A DNA stretch of 32,000 nucleotides from NCBI RefSeq assembly GCF_000009045.1, contig NC_000964.3, positions 2,580,001 through 2,612,000 on the forward strand, written 5' to 3'. Numbering within the stretch: the first letter of the stretch is position 1; each line of letters opens with the position of its first letter. A program made the position numbers and the translations under genes. Under the pieces are notes generated by a model, which did not search any database, was not told the DNA's origin, and saw nothing but the letters and a program-made list of their open reading frames with translations. This document shows positions 18,624 to 28,696 of this stretch, piece by piece. Source of the stretch: Bacillus subtilis subsp. subtilis str. 168. Its GTDB lineage: Bacteria > Bacillota > Bacilli > Bacillales > Bacillaceae.

Positions 18624-19332
18624 GATCGATTACCTCCTTTAACAGCTCCATTCGATCGGCGAGCTCCTTTAATTTTTGTTTGTTTTGCTCTGTATCCGCC
18701 GCTTGGCTGATCTGTTCATAAATGCTTTGAGTGTGCTGAAGCTCTTGTGTCCACTTTTTCAAAAAGACAGCATTTTTTTCTTTTGCCAAGAAAGGGCCAA
18801 CGAGCATCCCGGCTGATAAAGAAATACCGTCATAAGCCGCATCCCTGTCTCCCGCTTCTGCCACCAGCACCTCATAGCACTTTCCGTCCTCTTCAAGGAT
18901 TACCTCATCTATCAGCGCATATCTTTCTTTATAAAGCCACTCCCTGATATGAACAGCATGAATATTCGGCTGTAAAATGAGCCGTTCCTTCCCCGTTAAT
19001 TTGTCTTTGCCCGCTTCTAAAATGTGAGCGATCAAAGCCCCGCCCATTCCGGCAATCGTAATGGCATCAGCTTCACCTTTTTTAATCACTTCCAGTCCGT
19101 CTCCCTGCCTTACAGAAATGTGCGAGTTTAAGCCTGATTTTTCAACCTGCCGCTTTGCAGACAAAAATGGGCCGTCTGTTATTTCTCCGGCAATCGCCCC
19201 GCTGGCTTTATGATTCAGCACCGCATAACAAGGAAGGTAGGCGTGGTCAGAGCCGATATCGGCCATCACCGCTCCATTCGGTATGTACTCCGCTACTGTT
19301 TGCAATCGTTTAGATAATTTTAATTCGTTCAC
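18616..19332 (-). CDS. trmK: tRNA (adenine22-N1)-methyltransferase
   Basis: 238 aa. Has the SAM-MTase motif ADIGSDHAYLP and a C-terminal coiled-coil. GTG start. Recognised as TrmK (YqfN). Confidence 0.88.
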   Translation of the reverse strand: MNELKLSKRLQTVAEYIPNGAVMADIGSDHAYLPCYAVLNHKASGAIAGEITDGPFLSAKRQVEKSGLNSHISVRQGDGLEVIKKGEADAITIAGMGGALIAHILEAGKDKLTGKERLILQPNIHAVHIREWLYKERYALIDEVILEEDGKCYEVLVAEAGDRDAAYDGISLSAGMLVGPFLAKEKNAVFLKKWTQELQHTQSIYEQISQAADTEQNKQKLKELADRMELLKEVIDHG

Positions 19333-19457
19333 TTGTCATCACAACTTTTCTCAATCATTTTTTCCTTTACTATCATATAAAAAATCAGCCCGGAATCCAA
19401 GCTGAAGCAAATGATTTTGAAATTATTTCTTTTGATGCGGGTCTGCACGCAGCAGTC

Positions 19458-19492
19458 AAAAATAAAAGGCTGTCGAGAACATCTCGGCGGCC
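19458..19492 (-). terminator. Probable cccA terminator
   Basis: On the minus strand, GGCCGCCGAGA-ugu-UCUCGACAGCC is followed by UUUUAUUUUU, 30 nt after the cccA stop. Two stem positions are A-C mismatches on this strand but G-U on the other, so the stem is imperfect. Confidence 0.5.
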
Positions 19493-19522
19493 TGTGAATG
19501 TATAAAGAGAAAAATAGTTCTT

Positions 19523-19885
19523 TTATTTAATTTTTGACACCCACTCTGCCATATCATCCAGCTTATCGGCCGGAACAAGACCGGAAGGCATTCCATTACC
19601 GCCTTTTTCGATCTTTGTTTTAATTTCAGCGACATCTTTCTTATCCCCTACACCTTTTAAGCTAGGACCCGAAACACCTTCATAATTTTCACCGTGGCAT
19701 GCGATGCAGTTTGCCTTGTAAATTTCTTCTGGTGAAGCGTTTGCATCTTTCTTTTCAGCAGATTTGCTTTCTCCTCCGCTCGCAATCTCCCGAGAGTCAT
19801 CAAGTCCTTTTACTGATAAAAAGAAAGTTAGACCAATTCCTAAAACAGCGATCAGCAAAAATGGAATAAGCGGGTTCCATTTCAT
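19523..19885 (-). CDS. cccA: Membrane-anchored cytochrome c-550
   Basis: 120 aa. Has an N-terminal TM anchor, the heme c motif CIACH and a distal Met ligand context (GGNGMP). RBS AAGGGGGAAGGGAA. Confidence 0.95.
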   Translation of the reverse strand: MKWNPLIPFLLIAVLGIGLTFFLSVKGLDDSREIASGGESKSAEKKDANASPEEIYKANCIACHGENYEGVSGPSLKGVGDKKDVAEIKTKIEKGGNGMPSGLVPADKLDDMAEWVSKIK

Positions 19886-20044
19886 TTCCCTTCCCCCTTT
19901 TTGATCCTTCCCCCTATGTAAACACTTCTAATTCTAACTTATTTTTACAAAAAGTAAATGGATTGCTATACAAAAGTTTTTTATTCACACTTTATACAAA
20001 ATTGAATAGAAACATGCCTAAATCTCTAATATCCTTTTTATTCT

Positions 20045-20073
20045 ATTGTATAATGTATTGTATACGCTTACAA
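20045..20073 (-). promoter_or_regulatory. cccA promoter candidate
   Basis: The minus strand has TTGTAA (20073-20068), a 17-nt spacer, then TACAAT (20050-20045). It is embedded in a perfect 10-bp inverted repeat TTCTATTGTA (20041-20050) / TACAATAGAA (20069-20078). Confidence 0.45.
20059..20072 (-). promoter_or_regulatory. Catabolite-responsive element (cre, CcpA operator) overlapping the cccA promoter
   Basis: The minus strand reads TGTAAGCGTATACA and matches the cre consensus TGWAANCGNTNWCA at 13 of 14 positions. Glucose repression of cccA is established. Confidence 0.6.
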
Positions 20074-20174
20074 TAGAAAATATGGAATTAGATTTTGAAA
20101 TTTTTCACCACAATGTTCATTTGCAAATGACATCATTTTTCAGTAAAATAAAGGCATATTATCCATATATCTTT

Positions 20175-20212
20175 TTAAAAAAAGAAGAACGGATCTTCAA
20201 GACCCGTTCCAT
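20175..20212 (-). terminator. Intrinsic terminator of the sigA operon
   Basis: On the minus strand, GAACGG-gucuugaagau-CCGUUC is followed by UUCUUUUUUU, immediately after the sigA stop. Confidence 0.8.
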
Positions 20213-20213
20213 C

Positions 20214-21329
20214 TTATTCAAGGAAATCTTTCAAACGTTTACTTCTGCTAGGATGTCTTAGTTTCCGCAACGCTTTGGCTTCGATTTGTCGAATACGCTC
20301 TCTCGTTACTCCAAATACTTTGCCGACCTCTTCTAATGTTCTTGTACGGCCGTCATCAAGACCGAATCGAAGACGCAATACATTTTCTTCACGATCAGTT
20401 AACGTATCAAGCACATCTTCCAGCTGCTCTTTCAATAGCTCGTATGCGGCGTGGTCAGAAGGTGAAGTTGCTTCTTGGTCTTCAATGAAATCACCAAGGT
20501 GCGAGTCATCCTCTTCACCGATCGGTGTTTCCAGAGATACCGGCTCTTGAGCAATCTTTAAGATTTCGCGTACTTTTTCAGGCGTTAAATCCATATCTTC
20601 CGCAATTTCTTCAGGTGTTGGTTCTCTGCCTAAGTCTTGCAGTAATTGACGCTGCACACGGATTAATTTATTAATGGTTTCAACCATATGAACGGGAATC
20701 CGGATCGTTCTCGCCTGATCGGCAATGGCGCGTGTAATCGCCTGTCTGATCCACCACGTAGCATACGTACTGAATTTATAACCTTTGCGATAATCAAATT
20801 TTTCAACGGCTTTCATCAGGCCCATGTTTCCTTCCTGGATCAGATCAAGGAACAGCATACCGCGTCCGACATACCGTTTTGCGATACTGACAACAAGCCG
20901 CAGGTTCGCTTCAGCCAATCTGCGTTTAGATTCTTCGTCACCTTCTTCAATCTTTTGAGCGTAGGCGATTTCTTCTTTTGCAGAAAGAAGGTTAACCCGA
21001 CCGATTTCCTTTAAATACATACGAACTGGGTCATTGATTTTAACGCCAGGCGGTACACTTAGGTCATTAAGGTCAAATTCTTCTTCGGCTTTGGCAAGCT
21101 GCTGAATATTAGGATCTTCTGTTTCTTCATTCTCACTAATTAATTCAACACCTTGTTCACCTAAAAATTCATAATACTCATCCATTTGGTCTGATTCAAT
21201 TTCAAAGCTGGACATACGCTCAGCAATTTCTTCATATGTCAAAACGCCACGTTTTTTACCAGACTCTGTTAATTGCTCTTTTACTTGGTCGAATGTTAAT
21301 TCTGTCTCGTGGGTTTGTTTATCAGCCAT
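20214..21329 (-). CDS. sigA: Primary (housekeeping) sigma factor SigA
   Basis: 371 aa from [19 protein letters not shown]. Region 2.4 is [14 protein letters not shown] and region 4.2 is [43 protein letters not shown]. The ORF-track TTG start at 21449 is a 40-codon over-extension. Confidence 0.98.
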
Positions 21330-21527
21330 TATGGATCCCTCCTTCCAAAGCTTGCAACGAATTCTATAAGCGGTATGATTCTTATTCGGTCCATTCAGGC
21401 GTTTTCTATGTGAACTGCCTTTAACAATGTGCGAATAATGAAATGACAATTCATGATGAGGTTAAGCGATCTATTTGCTCCTCCGCAAGGAATCATTGCC
21501 AATAAATGCTCCTCATCAGTTCTCCAG

Positions 21528-23339
21528 TTATTTTAAAGATCGGTTCAATGTAACGATTTCTTGAGCCAAAGAAGCAGCTCTTAAAAAATCTTTTTGCCTT
21601 TCTGCTTCGGCTCTTTCCGCCTCTTTTTCTTTTATCATTGACCAATTTCTTTGATTCAACACTTTTTTTACATAATCTGATAACTCGGCTTCGCTAAGCT
21701 CTTGATTAACCTGAAGCATTAATATATCGGACAAGAGCTGGCTTATATGATCATCCGTCACCCTGGCCATCAGATGCTGAGGCGTCAGCTCGGCTCCCTC
21801 TTCATAAAAAGCATAAAGATAAGCGGCTAATGCCCGGTGCTCATCAATATTAAATTGAAACCCTACCCGGTCAATCACTTTTTTGATGACGCTCCGATCT
21901 CGAAGCATGTGAGCGAGTAACAGCCTTTCTGCATTTTCATACGCCGGACGCAAACGTTTTTGCCTTGCTTTTGTCGTCAGATGCGCTCGCCGCGTTTTAG
22001 TTTCACCGCTATTGTCAGCAGGTTTGTTTTGCTTGCTGAAAACAGACAGCTGCTCAGTTAAAGACTCCTGTGAAAGCGAAAACTCTGAAGCAAGCTGCTT
22101 TACATAGACTTCCTGCTCTAGAGACCCTGAAAGCGTGCTGATTTCTTTCAGTACGTCTTTAATGTAAGCTAGGCGGTCGCCTTCATCGGACAGGTTCTTT
22201 CCTTTTCGGAAATATTGCATTTTGAACGCCATTACGGTGACACTTGCGTCAATAATGTCGTTTTTAAATTTTTCCCCGCCGAATTTTTTGATGTAATCAT
22301 CAGGGTCCAATCCGTCAGGAATCATTGCAACTCTGACTTTGCAGCCTTTTTTTTGCAGAAGCTCCGAAGCTTTTAAGGTGGCTTCATAACCGGCTTTATC
22401 AGAGTCATAGCAAAGAATGATTTCTTCGACGTTTCTTCTCAGGATCTTGACATGATCATCTGTAAGAGACGTTCCCATCGTGGCTATGCTTTCCTTTACA
22501 TCCGAGCTTACGGCCGATATGACATCAGCAAACCCTTCAAATAAGACTGCTCTTTCCTGCTTTCTGATATGAAGGCGGGCCTTATAAAAATTGTAAAGCA
22601 GTTTGCTTTTATGAAAGAGCGGGGTTTCAGGACTGTTCATATACTTAGGCTGCTGGCTGCCAAGAGCCCTGCCTGAGAAAGCAACAACAGCCCCGTGATG
22701 ATCATGGATCGGAAACATGACACGGTTTCTGAAGCGGTCGAAATATCCGCTTCCGTCTTCGCGTCTGATCAGGAGACCCGCTTTTTCCATTTGCGCCTCA
22801 CTAAATCCCCTCTTTACAAGGAATTTCGTGATAAAGTCCCAAGAATCAAGAGCATAGCCAATCTGAAATTCATTAATCAGCTCTTTCGTAAAGCCCCTAG
22901 AAAGCAGATAATCCAGTGCCTCTTGACCTTCTTTTGTATTTATTAACAAATGATGGTAAAATTTCTTCAGGAGCTCATGTGCCTCAGCCATTTTTTGTTC
23001 TCCAGAAGACTCTGGCCGGGCTCCGGAATGGACTGTTATATCATCTGGAAAATCAATTTGGTATTTGTCAGCAAGGTGAGAAACCGACTCGGCAAAAGAA
23101 TAGCCTTCCATCTGCCTTAAAAAAGAGAAAACATTGCCGCCCGCTCCGCAGCCAAAGCAATGAAAAATCTGTTTGTCGGGCGATACGGAAAACGAAGGTG
23201 TGCTTTCTCCATGAAAAGGACAGAGTCCAAAGTAGTTTCGGCCTTGCTTCTTTAATTGAACATAATCACCTATGACTTCAACGATATCTGCCGACTTTTG
23301 CACCTGATCCACAATTTCATCTGGTATCCGATTTCCCAT
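21528..23339 (-). CDS. dnaG: DNA primase
   Basis: 603 aa. Has the zinc ribbon [26 protein letters not shown], a TOPRIM domain (EGFADV, DSDKAG) and a C-terminal DnaB-interaction domain. Confidence 0.97.
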
Positions 23340-23372
23340 CTTATAACACTCCGTCGTACATTATTCGATGCT

Positions 23373-23867
23373 TTAGTGCAAAATCCCTTCATCGTTCGAC
23401 AGGATTTTTTGCAGCAGTGTAATAAATCGTTCTCGATCTTCTTTATTCAATTTTTTAGGCCCTTTGGCATATACGCCTTTTCTTCTTTGTTTGCCGGAAA
23501 AATGACGGCCCTCTAGGGCAAAATCAATCGTGTCTTCCTTGTAAAGACGACCTCTTTCCGACATAACAGAGACATTTCTGTTCAACAGCAGAGATGCTAA
23601 TCCGATGTCCTGCGTCACAACAATATCTCCCGGTTTCACGTGATTTGCGATATATAAATCAGCAGCTTCTTTATGAGGATCAACATACTTCCATTTTTCT
23701 TCATTGCTTCTGGAAAGCTGATAATGTTCAAATGAAGCGACAAAAAGAACTTGAACTTCATACTCGGATGCTGTTTGTAAAATTTCATCTTTTACCGGAC
23801 AAGCATCAGCATCGACAAAAATCGTCTTTTCTTGTTCATTAAGAAGAGTAATTCTCCATCCCTCCAT
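23373..23867 (-). CDS. yqxD: UPF0178/DUF188 (YaiI-like) protein, first gene of the sigA operon (historical P23)
   Basis: 164 aa from [25 protein letters not shown], with AGGAG 4-5 nt upstream. The frame stays open a further 35 codons to ATG 23972 (199 aa, about 23 kDa). Confidence 0.8.
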
Positions 23868-23878
23868 TAAACTCCTGC
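23848..23878 (-). promoter_or_regulatory. Sigma-H-like promoter candidate inside the yqxD 5' region (possibly the classical P3 of the sigA operon)
   Basis: The minus strand reads GCAGGAGTTtaatggagggatggAGAATTAC. The AGGA-to-GAAT distance of 22 nt compares with 21 nt in the spoVG sigma-H promoter, and the GCAGGA -35 context is shared. By-eye match only. Confidence 0.3.
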
Positions 23879-24016
23879 ATAAAAGCAAGCAAAATCGCAC
23901 ATCCTTTATTATTGTGGATGTATATGAATTTGTCGAAAAATTTCCGGGAGAAATTCTTGACATCTTACCCATAATAGTTTATTCGTATCACACGATCCTT
24001 AAACCTAAAATTAATC

Positions 24017-24046
24017 ATTTTATCACAATTTTTTATTATAATACAA
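24017..24046 (-). promoter_or_regulatory. Sigma-A-type promoter candidate for the yqxD-dnaG-sigA operon
   Basis: The minus strand has TTGTAT (24046-24041), an 18-nt spacer, then TGaTAAAAT (extended -10, TAAAAT at 24022-24017). An overlapping TATAAT lies at 24040-24035. Confidence 0.4.
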
Positions 24047-24094
24047 ACTTCACAAAGATGCTATTGTTTTTCATTATTCCCTTTTGGCACAGCC

Positions 24095-24120
24095 AAAAAC
24101 CCAGGATAGAGCGTCCTGAG
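24095..24120 (-). terminator. Weak intrinsic terminator after yqfL
   Basis: On the minus strand, CUCAGGA-cgcucua-UCCUGGG (7 bp, with one G-U only on this strand) is followed by UUUUU. It starts right after the yqfL stop. Confidence 0.5.
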
Positions 24121-24933
24121 TTATATGTTTTTTGTTTTGAGATGATGGATAATATTTGCTGTTTCCTCAACCGCTTTATTTGAAACATCAACAACCTGGC
24201 AGCCGATCCGATCCACAATCTTTTCGAAATACTCGAGTTCCTCTTTGATTCTGTTGATATTTGCATAAATCGCTTTATCATTAAGCCCGAGTGATTTTAA
24301 ACGTTCTTTTCTGATATGATTCAGTTTATCAGGGCTAATCTTTAAACCGATGCATTTTTTCGGATCAACGTTAAAGAGTTCTTCCGGCGGATCAACCTCC
24401 GGTACAATCGGAACATTGGCAACCTTCAGGCGTTTGTGTGCGAGATATTGAGACAGCGGTGTTTTAGACGTTCTTGACACGCCGATCAAAACGATATCAG
24501 CTTTTAAAATCCCTCTTGGATCACGTCCATCATCGTATTTAACTGCAAACTCGATGGCCTCCACTTTTTTGAAATAATCTTCATCAAGCTGGCGCACCCG
24601 CCCCGGTTCGTATTTCGCTGTTAAACCGTAGGCTGTTTCCATTTTATCAATCAACGGGCCGATAATATCATAATATAAAACATTTGCTTTTTCCGCTTCG
24701 GCTATCAAATATTCTCTGATTTCCGGCACCACGAGTGTAAAACAGATAATGCCGCCGTCTGCCTTTGCAAGTGAAATCACTTCATTGATAGTGCCTATAT
24801 CTTCAACATAAGGAATTCTTCTTACATGAGTATCATCCGCCGATCCGTTAAATTGGCTGAGTGCTGCTTTTACTACCAATTCAGCCGTTTCACCGACGGA
24901 ATCCGATACAACATAGATGATGCGGTTATTCAT
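24121..24933 (-). CDS. yqfL: Pyruvate,phosphate dikinase / PEP synthase regulatory protein family (DUF299 kinase/phosphorylase)
   Basis: 270 aa. Has the P-loop-like GVSRTSKTP and the family-typical N-terminus [23 protein letters not shown]. It lies 25 nt downstream of ccpN. Confidence 0.88.
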   Translation of the reverse strand: MNNRIIYVVSDSVGETAELVVKAALSQFNGSADDTHVRRIPYVEDIGTINEVISLAKADGGIICFTLVVPEIREYLIAEAEKANVLYYDIIGPLIDKMETAYGLTAKYEPGRVRQLDEDYFKKVEAIEFAVKYDDGRDPRGILKADIVLIGVSRTSKTPLSQYLAHKRLKVANVPIVPEVDPPEELFNVDPKKCIGLKISPDKLNHIRKERLKSLGLNDKAIYANINRIKEELEYFEKIVDRIGCQVVDVSNKAVEETANIIHHLKTKNI

Positions 24934-24958
24934 ATTATCCCCCCGTTAGTTTGCAATC

Positions 24959-25597
24959 TTATAGGATTTCATTTTCAGATAAACTGACAAGTATTTTGGT
25001 CATATTTGTTTTTGTCACTCTGCCGATCACTTCAAAGCCTTTATCGGTGTCTTTGATGACAGGCAGTGCATCAATTTGTTTTTCTATTAAGTGCTTTGCA
25101 ATGTCCATCACATAATCCTCGCGTCTGCACACCGTAATGTTCGGCATCCTTGTCATGATGATGTGAACAGGGACCGATGTAAGCTCCTGCTGGCCAATGC
25201 TCGCTCTGAGCAAGTCTTTTCGTGAAAGCACCCCGACTAAAACAGCATCGCGGTCCACCACAAACAGAGTACCTACATCTTCTAAAAACATGGTGCAAAT
25301 CGCATCGTACACAGAAACGTTTTCGTGAATCACTACGGGGATAGATTGAAAGTCTTTCACCTGAAGCTTTTTGAGTTTATCCGCCAAAAGCTGTGTGCCG
25401 GTTTTTCCCGTATAGAAATAACCGACTCTCGGGCGCGCCTCGAGGAATCCTGACATGGTGAGTATGGCTAAATCCGGGCGCAATGTCGCCCTGGTTAGGT
25501 TCAGCTTTTCTGCAATATGCTCCCCTGTAATCGGCCCGTTTTCTTTTACAATCTGCAAAATATGTTCTTGCCGTTTATTTAGTTCGATCGTACTCAC
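24959..25597 (-). CDS. ccpN: Transcriptional repressor CcpN (HTH plus tandem CBS domains), control of gluconeogenic genes
   Basis: 212 aa from (M)STIELNKRQEHILQIVKENGPITGEHIAEKLNLTRATLRPDL, followed by a CBS pair. It starts at the second of two adjacent GTG codons after AAAGGTG. Confidence 0.9.
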   Translation of the reverse strand: MSTIELNKRQEHILQIVKENGPITGEHIAEKLNLTRATLRPDLAILTMSGFLEARPRVGYFYTGKTGTQLLADKLKKLQVKDFQSIPVVIHENVSVYDAICTMFLEDVGTLFVVDRDAVLVGVLSRKDLLRASIGQQELTSVPVHIIMTRMPNITVCRREDYVMDIAKHLIEKQIDALPVIKDTDKGFEVIGRVTKTNMTKILVSLSENEIL

Positions 25598-25729
25598 CAC
25601 CTTTTCACTTCATAGCTATGTAAAGAAATAACAATCCATATTATAACGTAAATATCTTGTAATCAAACAAAAAACTTATAAATGGGGAAAAGACGATTAC
25701 CGATCACACAGCAACCGCCTTTTCTCTCT

Positions 25730-27769
25730 TTATTTTACAATAAGGGCATTCATATTCGCAAAGGACTTGATCTCATCCGCCAAGCTTACCATTTGCGCTA
25801 AACGATTTGCCTTTAATGACTCATTATCCGCTATAACCATTGTATGATCGAAGTAAGCATCGATCGGTTCTTTTAAGGCTGCAAGTGAAGCAAGCGCCGC
25901 CTCATAATCTTTTTTGCTGAAGTTTTCCTGCAGATTTTGCTTCGCTGTTTGGTAGGCATCAAACAGTTTTGCTTCGTATTCATTTTCAAACAGATCAGGC
26001 TGAATGTCTCCGCGGACTCCTTTTTTGCTGATAGAGATCACTCGGCCTAACGCTTCGGCTGTTTCCTTAAAGCCAGGTGCACCAAGCTTTTGCTCCAGTA
26101 CTTGTGCTTTATGCAGCGCAGAGTACGGCTCAAGCTCAGAGCTTTCCAGCACGGCGTCAATGACATCATGTCTGATTTGTTCAGCATTCAAGACATATTT
26201 CAAGCGCTGAGTGAAGAAATCCAGCAGTTCATTTTCTTTATCGGTTTGAACGAAAGTAAGCAGCTCTTCAAATGAAATTCCCCAGTTGCGGTCAAGAAGA
26301 ATCGCAACAATACCGCTTGCTTGGCGGCGCAGTCCGTAAGGGTCCTGGGAACCGGTCGGAATTACGCCGATAGAGAAGAATGAAGCGATTGTGTCAAGCT
26401 TATCCGCCATTGCTACAACAGCTCCGGTGAAAGTAGAAGGCGTTTCTCCGCCCGCTGATCTAGGCATATAATGTTCATTAACTGCCGCAGCCACAGCTTC
26501 ATCTTCGCCAAGCATTCTCGCATACTTTTCGCCCATAATTCCTTGAAGTTCAGGGAATTCATATATCATATGCGTCACAAGGTCGAATTTAGAAATTTCA
26601 GCAGCCCGCTTCACATGTTTTAATGTATCTTCATCAGCCTGAAGACGAACGGCAAGTTTCTCTGCGATTGATGTGACTCTCCTAACCTTATCAGCAAGAG
26701 AACCAAGCTCTTCATGGAAAACGATATTTTCAAGCTTCTTCACATTTGCATCAATGTTTAGTTTCTGATCTTCTTTGTAGAAGAATGAAGCATCAGATAA
26801 ACGTGCGCGCAGCACTTTTTCATTGCCTCGGGCCACATTTTCAATCGCGTGGCTGTTGCCGTTTCGGACTGTGATAAAGTGAGGCAGCAGGTCACCGTTT
26901 TTGTCTTTGACAGGGAAGTAGCGCTGATGCTCTTTCATTGTCGTGACAAGCACTTCTTCAGGAATTGACAGAAACTCGGATTCAAATGAACCGTAAAGAG
27001 CTGTCGGGTATTCTACTAAATGATTCACTTCATCAAGAAGGTCTTCGTCAACTGGAATGCTCCAATTGTTTTCAGCAGCCATTGTTTCCAGCTGAGATTG
27101 AATCATTTGCTTTCGGACGCTAGGATCAGCAATAACATGCTGTCCTTTGAGCTGCTCTTCATAAGCTGAAGGTGATTCAATTGACACTTCATGTCCGAGG
27201 AAACGGTGTCCCTGTGTTGTCCGTCCAGACTCAACGTTTGTGATCGAAAATGGAATGACATCCTGTCCAAATAATGCGACAATCCATTTGATCGGTCGGA
27301 TATAACGCAAATCTTCATTTCCCCAGCGCATGTTTTTCGGGAAATGCAAGCTTGTAATTAAACCGCTCAATTCTGGCAGAAGCGACTTCGTTTCTTGGCC
27401 GGCTTGGAATTTTTGCACGAATACATACTCTATGCCTTTTACTTCTTTGATGTACAGGTCTTCCACATTTGCGCCTTGGCCTTTTGAAAAGCCGATTGCC
27501 GCTTTTGTCCAGTTCCCGTCCGCATCAAGGGCAATTTTTTTCGCAGGCCCTTTTGCTTCTTCTTTTATATCATCCTGCTTTTCTGCGACATCCTTAACGA
27601 ACACAGCAAGACGTCTCGGTGTATTGAAGAGTTTCACTTCACCGTGAGTAATATTTTTTTCTTTAAGCCAGCCTGTCAGCTTGTCGCCAAGCTGAACCAT
27701 GCTTTCATTCAAAAAGCGCGCCGGCATTTCCTCTAATCCGATCTCTAAAAGTAAATCCTGTTTACTCAT
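25730..27769 (-). CDS. glyS: Glycyl-tRNA synthetase beta subunit
   Basis: 679 aa beginning [19 protein letters not shown] (the GlyS signature N-terminus). Its ATG overlaps the glyQ stop by 8 nt. Confidence 0.97.
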   Translation of the reverse strand: MSKQDLLLEIGLEEMPARFLNESMVQLGDKLTGWLKEKNITHGEVKLFNTPRRLAVFVKDVAEKQDDIKEEAKGPAKKIALDADGNWTKAAIGFSKGQGANVEDLYIKEVKGIEYVFVQKFQAGQETKSLLPELSGLITSLHFPKNMRWGNEDLRYIRPIKWIVALFGQDVIPFSITNVESGRTTQGHRFLGHEVSIESPSAYEEQLKGQHVIADPSVRKQMIQSQLETMAAENNWSIPVDEDLLDEVNHLVEYPTALYGSFESEFLSIPEEVLVTTMKEHQRYFPVKDKNGDLLPHFITVRNGNSHAIENVARGNEKVLRARLSDASFFYKEDQKLNIDANVKKLENIVFHEELGSLADKVRRVTSIAEKLAVRLQADEDTLKHVKRAAEISKFDLVTHMIYEFPELQGIMGEKYARMLGEDEAVAAAVNEHYMPRSAGGETPSTFTGAVVAMADKLDTIASFFSIGVIPTGSQDPYGLRRQASGIVAILLDRNWGISFEELLTFVQTDKENELLDFFTQRLKYVLNAEQIRHDVIDAVLESSELEPYSALHKAQVLEQKLGAPGFKETAEALGRVISISKKGVRGDIQPDLFENEYEAKLFDAYQTAKQNLQENFSKKDYEAALASLAALKEPIDAYFDHTMVIADNESLKANRLAQMVSLADEIKSFANMNALIVK

Positions 27770-28649
27770 GAGAAGAACCCTCCCCTTTAAGCATTGGGAA
27801 CCCTAGTTTTTCTCGTTCCTCATAGTAGGTTTTTGCTACTTTTCTAGCTAAATTCCGCACTCTTGCGATATAGCCCGTCCGCTCGGTAACAGAGATCGCA
27901 CCTTTGGCATCAAGCAGGTTGAAAGTGTGCGAGCATTTCAGCACATAGTCATATGCTGGATGAACAAGTCCGTTGTCCATTTGCTTGATCGCTTCTTTTT
28001 CATATGTGCTGAACAATTGGAACAGCATATCGACGTCTGATGTTTCAAACGTATAAACAGAATGCTCATATTCAGCCATCATGAATAAATCTTTTACTGT
28101 AAACCCTGACGTCCATTCCAAGTCAAACACGTTTTCTTTATCCTGGATATAAGACGCGAGACGCTCAATTCCATACGTAATCTCTACAGAAACGGGTTTA
28201 CACTCTAATCCCCCGACCTGCTGGAAATACGTAAATTGTGTTATTTCCATTCCGTCAAGCCAAACTTCCCAGCCTAGACCCGCGCAGCCTAAAGACGGAT
28301 TCTCCCAGTTGTCTTCAACAAAGCGAATATCGTGCTCAAGCGGATCAATTCCAAGAGCACGCAAGGAATCCAAATACAGCTCTTGAATGTTATCAGGTGA
28401 CGGTTTAATAATGACCTGGAACTGATGATGCTGATACAGTCTGTTCGGGTTCTCCCCGTAGCGGCCGTCTGCCGGACGTCTGGAAGGCTCTACATAAGCC
28501 ACTTTCCACGGCTCAGGACCGATACTGCGCAAAAATGTATACGGGCTCATCGTGCCGGCTCCTTTTTCTACATCGTAAGCCTGCATAAGCACACAGCCCT
28601 GACTGGACCAATGCTTTTGCAAGGTTAGAATCATGTCTTGAATATTCAT
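27762..28649 (-). CDS. glyQ: Glycyl-tRNA synthetase alpha subunit
   Basis: 295 aa from [36 protein letters not shown], preceded by GTGGAGGTG. The ORF-track start at 28730 reads through the T-box terminator and is spurious. Confidence 0.97.
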   Translation of the reverse strand: MNIQDMILTLQKHWSSQGCVLMQAYDVEKGAGTMSPYTFLRSIGPEPWKVAYVEPSRRPADGRYGENPNRLYQHHQFQVIIKPSPDNIQELYLDSLRALGIDPLEHDIRFVEDNWENPSLGCAGLGWEVWLDGMEITQFTYFQQVGGLECKPVSVEITYGIERLASYIQDKENVFDLEWTSGFTVKDLFMMAEYEHSVYTFETSDVDMLFQLFSTYEKEAIKQMDNGLVHPAYDYVLKCSHTFNLLDAKGAISVTERTGYIARVRNLARKVAKTYYEEREKLGFPMLKGEGSSHE

Positions 28650-28696
28650 TTCAAGCACCTCCACTTTTCTTTCATAAGTTGACTGCGGCAGCAACC

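Noticed and set aside
20046-20261. 71-aa plus-strand ORF in the cccA-sigA spacer
   Set aside because: It has a TTG start inside the cccA promoter palindrome and no RBS. It reads straight through the sigA terminator into antisense sigA, and its composition is AT-rich and junk-like.
21330-21449. Upstream in-frame extensions offered by the ORF track. The sigA case is shown here. The same applies to glyQ 28650-28730, ispH 16478-16534, ispG 9084-9128, cshB 15501-15527, pbpA 3922-3957 and yqfX 10666-10758.
   Set aside because: The extensions begin at TTG, GTG or ATG codons without an RBS and run through terminators or leader structures. The glyQ extension crosses the T-box terminator, and the ispH extension starts in a hairpin loop. 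A downstream start with a strong RBS gives the known protein N-terminus.
21395-21496. 33-codon minus-strand ORF ([33 protein letters not shown]) in the 198-nt dnaG-sigA spacer, together with an 8-bp inverted repeat TGATGAGG/CCTCATCA
   Set aside because: The nearest GAGGAG is 12 nt from the ATG, which is too far. The peptide has no features. The spacer is known to carry internal sigA promoters, which better explains its length.
23931-23937. TGTCGAA, a match to the Spo0A 0A-box heptamer, upstream of yqxD
   Set aside because: A 7-mer is expected about four times by chance in 64 kb of two-strand sequence. It is a single copy with no supporting context.
23914-24183. 89-aa plus-strand ORF antisense to the sigA-operon promoter region and the yqfL 3' end. 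I vaguely recall a historical antE annotation somewhere in this neighbourhood.
   Set aside because: It has no RBS and an F/I/Y-rich composition from AT-rich promoter DNA, and it overlaps the yqfL terminator and coding end. I cannot place the remembered antE coordinates from memory, so I do not call it a gene.
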